64,000 nt of DNA from Myxococcota bacterium. Its GTDB lineage: Bacteria > Myxococcota_A > UBA9160 > UBA4427. Of this stretch, positions 11,337-19,427 are shown one piece after another. Location: NCBI GenBank assembly GCA_965250285.1, contig OZ252299.1:6112001-6176000 (forward strand), given 5' to 3'. The notes under the pieces were generated by a model that did not search any database, had not been told where the DNA came from, and saw only the letters and a list, made by a program, of their open reading frames with translations. The translations under genes and the position numbers were made by a program. Positions within the stretch are counted from its first letter, which is position 1; each line of letters begins with the position of its first letter.

Positions 11337-11435
11337 GCGCGGCGCTCGCGAGCCCCCTCGACAGTCGATTCTGCACTCAGTCGTCCTCGCACCGCGTGGG
11401 GCTTCGGCGGGCCTGGGTGAATTCGGAGGAAATTC

Positions 11436-14400
11436 GTGCGCGCGACCTCGGCGGCGCCCGCCGTCTCGTGGGCCAGGCTCGTGTTCGCGATCGCGCTGCT
11501 CGTCAGCGCGACGAATGCCCACGCACAGGCGGCGCCCGATGCCGGCGCGGCGACACCGCCCGCGCAGACCGAAGCCGATTCGTCCGAGTCACAGGCGGAT
11601 GCCCCGTCGTCGGCGCCCGACGGTCGGAGCACGGTCGCGGTGTTGCCCTTTCAGGTGCACAGTGCGCGGCCACTCGACTACCTCGTCGAGTCGTTGACCG
11701 AGCTGCTCGTCACGCGGCTCGAAGCCACCCAGAAGCTCGACGTTCGCGATCTCGCCGAGACCAAGGAGGTGCTCGGGACCGATGTCGATCGCGACTTGAG
11801 CGACGAGGAGGCGCGACAGCTCGCCGAGAAGCTCGGCGTCGATGCAGTGGTAACCGGTAGCCTCACCGAGCTCGCCGGGCGCTACAGCCTCGACGTGCGC
11901 GTGGTCAAAGCCATCCCCGGGGCGCGCGCCCATACGATCGTCTACACGGCCGAGAACGAGAAGGATCTCGTCGCTCGTCTGGGCGAGCTGACCGAGCAGG
12001 TGACGCTCGCGTCGGCCGGCAGTGAGCTCGGTCGCATCATGAGCATGCGGATCGAGGGGGCGGGTGACCTCGAGCCGCTCTTCCGCTCGACGATTCGCAG
12101 CCAGGCCGGCCGGCCCTACGACCCGCTGACGGCCCAGGCCGATCGCGACCGCATGGTCGAGCACGAGCGCGTCGCTCGCGTCAACGTCGACACCGAGCGC
12201 GTCGAGGGCGGCGTGGCGCTGGTCTTCACCGTCCTGCGCACCGAGATGCTGGTCGGGCAGGGGGCCGTGCCCCGATCGGGGGTGACGGTCACGTCGATCT
12301 CGATCGACGGCAATCGCCGCATCGAGACGGACGCGATCCTGACGCGCATCGAGAGCAAGGAGGGCGAGCCGCTCTCGCGCAGTCGCCTGGCCCGCGACGT
12401 GCGTGACGTCTACGGGCTGGGTTTCTTCCGGGCCGTCAACGTGTTCGCAGAGCCGAATGCCGACGGCGTCGACCTGATCTTCCGGGTCGAGGAGAACCCG
12501 GTGATTCGCCAGATCACGATCACCGGCAACGACAACGTGAAGGGCGACGACATTCTCGACGTCCTGACGTTGACCACAGGGTCGACGCTCGACTACTCGC
12601 TGCTGCACGAGAACAAGGATCGCATCCAGCAGGTCTATCGCGCCGAGGGCTACTACCTCGCCGAGGTCGACTTCGAGATGGACGAGATCTCCGATTCGGC
12701 CGTTTCGATCGACTTCATCGTGGTCGAGAACGAGAAGCTCAAGCTCCGAAAGATCGAGTTCGCAGGCAACGAGCACATCAAGTCGAAGGAGCTTCGCAAG
12801 GGCTTCAACACGAAGACGCGTCGGTGGTACTCGTGGGCGACGTCGTGGTTCGACCGAACGGGAACGTACAGCGAGCCGATCTTCGCCCGCGATCTCAGAG
12901 AGGTCGAGAAGAAGTACACGGACCGCGGCTATCTGCAGGTCGAGGTGGGGGAGCCCGAGGTCGACCCGACCGAAGAGGGTCTCTTCGTCGAAGTGCCGAT
13001 CACCGAGGGGCCGCAGTTCAGCGTGGGTACGATCGACGTATCTGGCGATCAGACGGTCGATCTCGCGGCGCTTCGCGAGAAGCTTCGGCTCACCGATGGC
13101 GACGTCTTCAACCGTTCGTATCTCACGCAGGACGTCGAGAGCCTCGAGCGCCACTACACGGATCGCGGCTTCTACTTCGCGAGCGTGCAGCCTCAGACCC
13201 GCATCAACCAGGCCGACAAGACCGTCGACGTGCTCTTCGCCGTCGAGAAGGGCCCGCTCTACTTCGTCCGCAACCTCGACATCGCTGGCAACACGCGCAC
13301 GGTCGACCCGGTGATCCGCCGCGAGATGGAGGTCGTCGAGGGGCAGCTCTACTCGGCGCGCGCGCTGCAGATCAGCGATCGCCGCATTCGGGGCCTCGGC
13401 TACTTCGAAGATGTGAGCTTCGAGCCCAAGCCCACCCCCGATCCGTACCAGCTGGATCTCGCGGTGAACGTCGTCGAGCGTCCCACTGGCTCGTTCAGCT
13501 TCGGCGCCGGCTACTCGAGCCAGGACGGCCTCGTCTTCACCGGCTCGCTTTCGCAGTCGAACCTGTTCGGCCGCGGCTACGCGGTCAATCTGTCGGTCGA
13601 CGTCGGCGGCCGGACGAGCCGCTACTTCTTCTCGGTCAGCGACCCGTACTTCATGGGCAGCACGTTCAGCTTCGGTGGCACGATCTTCCTCACCGACGTG
13701 CGCTTCGACACGTTCCAGAGCCGGCAGCGCGGTTTCGACTTCGTGCTCGGTCACGCCCTGACCGAAGACAAGACTGCACGGGGCTTCATGCGATACAGCT
13801 GGTCGAGCCGGCAGGTGCGTCAGGATACTCGGGTCAACGCCGCTGCGACCATCTTTCGCGAGATCCTGCAGGGCAACGAGAGCAGTAGTCTGCTCGGTTT
13901 CTCGTTTACGCGAGATACGCGCGACGACCGTTTCTCGGCGACCTCGGGTACGAATATGGGCGGCACCATCGAGTACTCGGGTCTCGGTGGTTTCGCGAAG
14001 TTCCTACGGACCGAATATCGCATCGGCTGGTACCTCGGCGCGCCGAAGTGGCTGATCGACCGATCGTCGTTCGTTGCGTCCGCGCGCGTCGGCTACGCGG
14101 TGCCCTTCAACCAGATCTCCGACTGGAACCTCACCATCGCCGACACCGACCAGTGCGAGGTGAGCACCTGCATCAACGTCGACACGCTCGATCAGATCGA
14201 TACCGATCTGAGGCTCCCTCTGACCGAGCGCTACTTCCTCGGTGGCATCGGAAGCTTCCAGCTACGAGGCTTCCGCGCGCGCAGCGTCGGTCCGCGTCGC
14301 GCGATCCTGCAGCGCAGCGGCATCGCGGGAGGCGGCAGTCTCTTCCACCCCGTGGGCACGACGTTGAACTACATCTCGACGCGCAACGAATGGGTCGCGG

Positions 14401-14786
14401 TCTGTGAAGATCAAGGCCTCTTCACGCAGGGCGACGGCGACGGCCGCTGCAACACCTTGAATACGCAGAACATCGATGACTTCGAGGACATCGACGAGAC
14501 CGACGTCGTCGGCGGCAACTCGTTCATCTCCACCAGCTTCGAGTATCGTTTCCCGATCTCGGAGCAGGTCGGTCTACAGGGCGTCGTGTTCATCGACGGC
14601 GGCAATGCCTTCTACGAAGGGCAGAACCTGTTCGACGTGACGGACTGGCGCTACGGTTCCGGCGGCGGAGTGCTCTGGTTCTCGCCATTCGGTCCGTTGC
14701 AGCTCGTTCTCGGTTTTCCCATCAATCCGCGATCCTTCGAAGACAGTCCGGTCTTCGAGTTCTCGGTGGGTGGTTTTGGGCTTTAG
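11436..14786 (+). CDS. bamA: Outer membrane protein assembly factor BamA with extended N-terminus
   Basis: POTRA repeats (e.g. IAGNTRTVDPVIRRE), VERPTGSFSFGAGYSS, LRGF, WFSPFGPL, C-terminal FEFSVG. Confidence 0.93.
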   Translation: MRATSAAPAVSWARLVFAIALLVSATNAHAQAAPDAGAATPPAQTEADSSESQADAPSSAPDGRSTVAVLPFQVHSARPLDYLVESLTELLVTRLEATQKLDVRDLAETKEVLGTDVDRDLSDEEARQLAEKLGVDAVVTGSLTELAGRYSLDVRVVKAIPGARAHTIVYTAENEKDLVARLGELTEQVTLASAGSELGRIMSMRIEGAGDLEPLFRSTIRSQAGRPYDPLTAQADRDRMVEHERVARVNVDTERVEGGVALVFTVLRTEMLVGQGAVPRSGVTVTSISIDGNRRIETDAILTRIESKEGEPLSRSRLARDVRDVYGLGFFRAVNVFAEPNADGVDLIFRVEENPVIRQITITGNDNVKGDDILDVLTLTTGSTLDYSLLHENKDRIQQVYRAEGYYLAEVDFEMDEISDSAVSIDFIVVENEKLKLRKIEFAGNEHIKSKELRKGFNTKTRRWYSWATSWFDRTGTYSEPIFARDLREVEKKYTDRGYLQVEVGEPEVDPTEEGLFVEVPITEGPQFSVGTIDVSGDQTVDLAALREKLRLTDGDVFNRSYLTQDVESLERHYTDRGFYFASVQPQTRINQADKTVDVLFAVEKGPLYFVRNLDIAGNTRTVDPVIRREMEVVEGQLYSARALQISDRRIRGLGYFEDVSFEPKPTPDPYQLDLAVNVVERPTGSFSFGAGYSSQDGLVFTGSLSQSNLFGRGYAVNLSVDVGGRTSRYFFSVSDPYFMGSTFSFGGTIFLTDVRFDTFQSRQRGFDFVLGHALTEDKTARGFMRYSWSSRQVRQDTRVNAAATIFREILQGNESSSLLGFSFTRDTRDDRFSATSGTNMGGTIEYSGLGGFAKFLRTEYRIGWYLGAPKWLIDRSSFVASARVGYAVPFNQISDWNLTIADTDQCEVSTCINVDTLDQIDTDLRLPLTERYFLGGIGSFQLRGFRARSVGPRRAILQRSGIAGGGSLFHPVGTTLNYISTRNEWVAVCEDQGLFTQGDGDGRCNTLNTQNIDDFEDIDETDVVGGNSFISTSFEYRFPISEQVGLQGVVFIDGGNAFYEGQNLFDVTDWRYGSGGGVLWFSPFGPLQLVLGFPINPRSFEDSPVFEFSVGGFGL

Positions 14787-14863
14787 CTCTCTTCGAAGCC
14801 CGACCGCACGCCGCGTGGGCGTGCGATCGGGGTGGACGAGTCGAGCATGACAAGGAGTCGATC

Positions 14864-15385
14864 GTGAAGATCAACAAGGCAATCGTGGTCGTTCTGGCCT
14901 GCCTCGTCCTCGGTTGGGGACTCGGCGCGGACGACAAGGGCATGACCATCGGGGTCGTCGATCTCGATCAGGCCGTGCTCTCGACGGACGAGGGCAAGGC
15001 GGCACGGGAGGAGCTCGAGCGGCGCGCGCGCGAGGCCGAGATCGAGCTCAAGCCGATGATCGAAGAGCTGCAGGGTCTGATGGAGGAGTACCAGCAGAAG
15101 GAAGCCATCAGCTCGGACGAGTGGAAGCAGGACAAGCAGCTCGAAGCCGCCAGTCTGCGCAACCGCATCGAGTTCAAGCAAAAGGAGATGCAGACGCAGC
15201 TCGAGGTGCACCGCGAGCGACTGGTCGCGCCGCTGCGGACGAAGCTCGTCGAGGTCGTCGACAGCATCGGTCGTGAAGAGGGCTACGCGCTGATCCTCGT
15301 GCGCAACGCACCCGGTGTGATGTACACGCGCGAAGCGCTCGACATCACCGACCTCGTCATCAAGAAGTTCAACGAGAAGAGCTGA
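14864..15385 (+). CDS. skp: OmpH/Skp periplasmic chaperone
   Basis: Signal peptide, IGVVDLDQAV, coiled-coil, DITDLVIKKFN; follows bamA. Confidence 0.9.
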   Translation: MKINKAIVVVLACLVLGWGLGADDKGMTIGVVDLDQAVLSTDEGKAAREELERRAREAEIELKPMIEELQGLMEEYQQKEAISSDEWKQDKQLEAASLRNRIEFKQKEMQTQLEVHRERLVAPLRTKLVEVVDSIGREEGYALILVRNAPGVMYTREALDITDLVIKKFNEKS

Positions 15386-15389
15386 TCCG

Positions 15390-16163
15390 TTGGGGGTGCA
15401 TCCCACCGCCGTCGTCGAGACGGGCGCCGTCCTCGCCGACGGCGTGCAGGTGGGACCCCTCGCCGTGATCGGCGCCGACGTCGAGCTCGGCCCCGGCGTC
15501 GAGGTCGGGGCCCACGCGGTCGTGCTGGGCCCCACGAAGGTGGGGGCGGGCACGCGCATCTTCCCGCACGCCTGCGTGGGCGCCGAACCGCAGATCGTGG
15601 GCCCACCCGCCCACGAGACGCGGCTCGAGATCGGCGAAGCCAACGTGCTGCGCGAACACGTCACGATCCACCGCGGCTCCCACGGCGGGGGCGGCGTGAC
15701 GCGCCTCGGCGATCGCAACTATCTGATGAACGGCACGCACGTCGCCCACGACTGCATCGTGGGCGACGACTGCACCATCGCGAGCTTCTGCGGCCTCGCC
15801 GGTCACGTCGAGGTCGGTGGCCACGCCGTGCTCGGCGCGTACACCGGTGTGCATCAGCACTGCCGCATCGGTGAGTCGGCGATGACCGCCGCGGGCAGCA
15901 AGGCGACCAAGGATGTGGCGCCCTTCGTGACGGCAGCGGGGGATCGCGCGCGGCTGGTCGGACTCAATCTCGTGGGCCTGCGCCGACGCGGCTTCACGAC
16001 CGACGAGATCGGCGCGCTCAAGCGAGCGGTTCGACTCGTGTTCCATGCCGGGCTGCGGGTCGACGAGGCTCTCGCTCGCATCGAGGCCGAGGGGATCGGC
16101 ACCCCGCATGTGCGCATGCTCACCGAGTTCGTTCGCAAGAGTCAGCGCGGCGTCGTTCGCTGA
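15390..16163 (+). CDS. lpxA: Acyl-ACP--UDP-GlcNAc(3N) acyltransferase LpxA
   Basis: VHPTAVV hexapeptide repeats, REHVTIHRG, HVAHDC, HQHCRIG, GLNLVGLRRRGF. Confidence 0.93.
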   Translation: MGVHPTAVVETGAVLADGVQVGPLAVIGADVELGPGVEVGAHAVVLGPTKVGAGTRIFPHACVGAEPQIVGPPAHETRLEIGEANVLREHVTIHRGSHGGGGVTRLGDRNYLMNGTHVAHDCIVGDDCTIASFCGLAGHVEVGGHAVLGAYTGVHQHCRIGESAMTAAGSKATKDVAPFVTAAGDRARLVGLNLVGLRRRGFTTDEIGALKRAVRLVFHAGLRVDEALARIEAEGIGTPHVRMLTEFVRKSQRGVVR

Positions 16164-16244
16164 TCACGTCGTGCTGCCCGGCGCGCGGGAGCGCCGCCGG
16201 GGCCACCCTGTTAATCTCGCTCGGGGCATTCGCCGGGGGGAGAC

Positions 16245-17117
16245 GTGCTGGGGCTGATTGCGGGCGAGGGGGCCTTTCCGGTCGAGATTGCGCGCGCCGT
16301 GCGTGCCGCGGGCCAGCCGATCCACGCCATCGCGTTTCCGGAGCTCACCGATCCAGGCCTCGAAGGTCAGGTCAGCTCGATCGAGTGGCTGCCACTGGGC
16401 GCAGTGCGGCCGCTGCTCGACTCGTTGCACGGCGCCGGCGCACGCGACGTCGTGCTCGCCGGCAAGGTCGCCAAGACGCACCTGCACCGACCCGGTGTTC
16501 CGGTCGCGCCCGATCGCGAGGCGCTCGCGCTGCTCGCCCGGCTCGACGACCGGGCCGATGGGGCCTTGCTGACGGCCCTGGCCGATCTGCTCGAAGGCGA
16601 GGGCTTCGCGCTGCGGCCTCAGGCCGAGTGGGTGCCCGAATGGATCGCTCCGCGGGGTGTCCTCGGCGCCACGAACCCGACCGAACGCCAGCGGCTCGAC
16701 ATCGTGCTCGGCTCGCCGATCGCGCGCACCCTGGCCGCGCTCGACGTCGGCCAGTGCGTGGCCGTCGAGGCCGGCACCGTCCTCGCAGTCGAGGCGATCG
16801 AGGGCACCGACGCAACGATCGCCCGAGCCGGCGAGCTGGGCGCGGGTGAGGGTGTGCTGGTCAAGGTCGCGCGGCCGGCGCAGGATCCACGCTTCGATCT
16901 CCCCGCCGTCGGTACGCGCACGCTCGAGGCGATGGCCGACGCCGGCCTGCGGGTGCTCGCGGTCGAGGCCGGGCGGACGATCCTGATCGGGGGCGCGGCG
17001 CTCGCCGGGCGCGCCGATGCCCTCGGGATTGCCATCGTCGGCATCGAACCGGCTGCGGTGCAGCCGATCGAATCCAGTGCATCGCCGCGGGTCGGGCGAC
17101 AGGAGGGCAGGGCTTGA
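16245..17117 (+). CDS. lpxI: UDP-2,3-diacylglucosamine diphosphatase LpxI
   Basis: LGLIAGEGAFP, DVGQCV, AVEAIEGTDATI, QDPRFDLPAVG. Confidence 0.9.
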   Translation: MLGLIAGEGAFPVEIARAVRAAGQPIHAIAFPELTDPGLEGQVSSIEWLPLGAVRPLLDSLHGAGARDVVLAGKVAKTHLHRPGVPVAPDREALALLARLDDRADGALLTALADLLEGEGFALRPQAEWVPEWIAPRGVLGATNPTERQRLDIVLGSPIARTLAALDVGQCVAVEAGTVLAVEAIEGTDATIARAGELGAGEGVLVKVARPAQDPRFDLPAVGTRTLEAMADAGLRVLAVEAGRTILIGGAALAGRADALGIAIVGIEPAAVQPIESSASPRVGRQEGRA

Positions 17118-18106
17118 CGCGCGTCGGGTCGGCCGAAGCAATCCCCGGGCATCCCACCCGCGTGGGCGTGATCGGCGTCGGCTACATGGGCCGGCTGCAT
17201 GCCGAGAAGATCGCGGCGCTCGCCGAAGACGACCGGGGGCTCGAGTTCGTGGGCGTCGCCGACGTGCGGCCCGCGCGTGCGCGGGGTGTGGCGCACCGGC
17301 TCGAGACGTCGGCCTGGGTCGAGCATCGACCGCTGCTCGAGAAGGCCGATGCCGTCGTGGTGGCCGTCCCCACGGTGAGCCACTTCGACATCGTACGGGA
17401 TGCACTGCTCGCCGGTGTCGACGTGCTCGTCGAGAAGCCAATCGCCTCGACCGTCGGCCAGGCCGAGCAGCTGCTCGGGCTCGCGACCGAGGGCGGACGG
17501 ATCCTGCAGGTCGGTCATCTCGAGTGGTTCAACGGTGCGATGAGCGCGATCCGCGAGCACATCCGCGCGCCGCGCTTCATCGAGGTGCACCGCCTCGGGC
17601 CGTTCCCCGACCGCGCCACCGACATCGACGTGGTGCGCGACGTGATGATCCACGACCTCGACATCCTGCAGCAGATCCTCGGTGAGGCGCCCAGCGAGAT
17701 CGACGCCGTCGGCGTGCCGATCCTCTCCCCCGAGATCGACATCGCCAATGCGCGGCTGCGGTTTCCGGGCGGTTGCGTGGCGAATCTCACCGCGAGTCGG
17801 GTGACGAGCACGCCCACGCGCAAGATGCGCTTCTTTCAACCCGACGGATACTTCTCGGTCGACTTCCTCGAGCAGAGCGCCGTGGCGATTCGGCGCGAGC
17901 CCGGCGAGGATGCTGCGTCGGCTGCCATGCGACTCGAGAAGCTCGACGTCGACCGGGGTGATGCGCTGCTCGCGCAGCTGCGCGACTTCGTGGCCGCGGT
18001 GCGAACGCGTTGCCGCCCCGAGGTCGACGGCCTGGACGGCCTCGATGCACTGCGCACGGCCGTGCGTGTGAACGAGGCGATCGGACCGGTCGCCGCGCTC
18101 GACTAG
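17114..18106 (+). CDS. Gfo/Idh/MocA oxidoreductase, probable GnnA (UDP-GlcNAc 3-dehydrogenase)
   Basis: GVGYMG Rossmann motif, VEKPIA, VGHLEWFN, DVVRDVMIHDLD, ANLTASR; located between lpxI and lpxB. Confidence 0.8.
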   Translation: MTRVGSAEAIPGHPTRVGVIGVGYMGRLHAEKIAALAEDDRGLEFVGVADVRPARARGVAHRLETSAWVEHRPLLEKADAVVVAVPTVSHFDIVRDALLAGVDVLVEKPIASTVGQAEQLLGLATEGGRILQVGHLEWFNGAMSAIREHIRAPRFIEVHRLGPFPDRATDIDVVRDVMIHDLDILQQILGEAPSEIDAVGVPILSPEIDIANARLRFPGGCVANLTASRVTSTPTRKMRFFQPDGYFSVDFLEQSAVAIRREPGEDAASAAMRLEKLDVDRGDALLAQLRDFVAAVRTRCRPEVDGLDGLDALRTAVRVNEAIGPVAALD

Positions 18107-18161
18107 CCTCCGCCCGCGCTCGACTAGCCGGCGCCCGCGCTCGCCTGGTCGACGCCCGCGC
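18093..18161. repeat. 21-bp degenerate tandem repeat (3-4 copies) spanning the oxidoreductase stop codon
   Basis: CCGCGCTCGACTAGCC at 18093 and 18114; decayed copies at 18135 and 18156. Confidence 0.8.
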
Positions 18162-18190
18162 GGCCCCGAAGCATCGCGACGAGAGCCGCC

Positions 18191-19372
18191 ATGTCCCCTC
18201 TGGAACCGAAGCGCCGCATCCTGTTCTCGGCCGGCGACGTGTCGGGCGATCTGCACGGTGCGGCGCTGGCGCGCTGCCTTCACGAGCGCCACGACGCTCT
18301 CGAGCTCTCGGGGCTCGGAGGCCGCGCGATGGCGAAGGCCGGCGTCGATCTCGTCGCTTCGAGCGACGCACTCGCCGTCGGGGGCGTCGTCGAGGTGCTG
18401 CGCGCCGCGGGCGCCGCGCGCGCGACCCGGCGCGCCCTGCTCGATCACGTCGAGACGCACACGCCCGATCTCGTCGTGCTCATCGACTCGGGGGCGTTCA
18501 ACCTGCCGCTCGCGTCGGCGCTCCGTCGTCGCTGCGCCGCGCCCATCCTCTACTTCGTCGCGCCCCAGGTCTGGGCCTGGCGGCGCGGACGCATTCGCAA
18601 GCTGTCGCGCCGCGTCGACCGCCTCGCGGTGATCCTGCCGTTCGAGGCCGAGCACTACGTCGGCACCGGCTTGACCGTCGACTTCGTCGGGCACCCGATC
18701 GTCGACGAGATCGGCCGCGCACCGGCGCCGACGCGCGACGAGGCGCGCGGGCGGCTCGATGTCGCGGGCTGGGATCCGCTCTTTGCGCTGATGCCGGGCA
18801 GCCGGCGCAACGAGGTCGAGGCGCACCTGCCGGTTCAGCTCGCGGCGCTCGCGCGGCTTCGCTCGCGCTGGCCCGGTCTCGGCGCCGTGATCGCCCGGGC
18901 CCCGTCGATCGAGCGGGCCCGCATCGCTGCCTGCGTCGAAGCGGCACCGAGCGCCATCGCCGAGTGCGTGCGCGTCGTCGAGGGCGACTCGCGAGACGTG
19001 CTGCGTGCGGCGGATGTCGCTCTGGTGAAGCCCGGCACCGTCACGACCGAGGCGATGCTGCTCGGCACGCCCATGGTGATGATCGCGCGGGGGCACCCGA
19101 TCACCGCGGCGATCGTGCGGCGTCTGCTGCGCGTGCCCCACATGGCGATGCCGAATCTGGTGGCGGGGCGACGCATCGTGCCCGAATACTGGCAGGCCGA
19201 GGCGACGCCCGAGGCCGTCGCCGCCGCGGCGGCCGACCTCGTCGAAGGCCCCGGGCGCTCGGCCCAGCTCGAAGCGCTCGCGGTCGCAGCCGGGCGCCTC
19301 GGCGCGGGCGGTGCGATCGAGCGCGCGGCCGATCTCGTCGATGCGATGCTGGCCGAGGGGGGCGGGTCTTGA
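18191..19372 (+). CDS. lpxB: Lipid-A-disaccharide synthase
   Basis: AGDVSGDLHGA, APQVWAWR, ILPFE, FVGHP, MPGSRRNEV, MPNLVAG. Confidence 0.93.
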   Translation: MSPLEPKRRILFSAGDVSGDLHGAALARCLHERHDALELSGLGGRAMAKAGVDLVASSDALAVGGVVEVLRAAGAARATRRALLDHVETHTPDLVVLIDSGAFNLPLASALRRRCAAPILYFVAPQVWAWRRGRIRKLSRRVDRLAVILPFEAEHYVGTGLTVDFVGHPIVDEIGRAPAPTRDEARGRLDVAGWDPLFALMPGSRRNEVEAHLPVQLAALARLRSRWPGLGAVIARAPSIERARIAACVEAAPSAIAECVRVVEGDSRDVLRAADVALVKPGTVTTEAMLLGTPMVMIARGHPITAAIVRRLLRVPHMAMPNLVAGRRIVPEYWQAEATPEAVAAAAADLVEGPGRSAQLEALAVAAGRLGAGGAIERAADLVDAMLAEGGGS

Positions 19373-19427
19373 GGCGAGCCGGCCGCAGCGACGCGAGACG
19401 CGCTTCGGATCAAGGGGGGCGGTGTTC

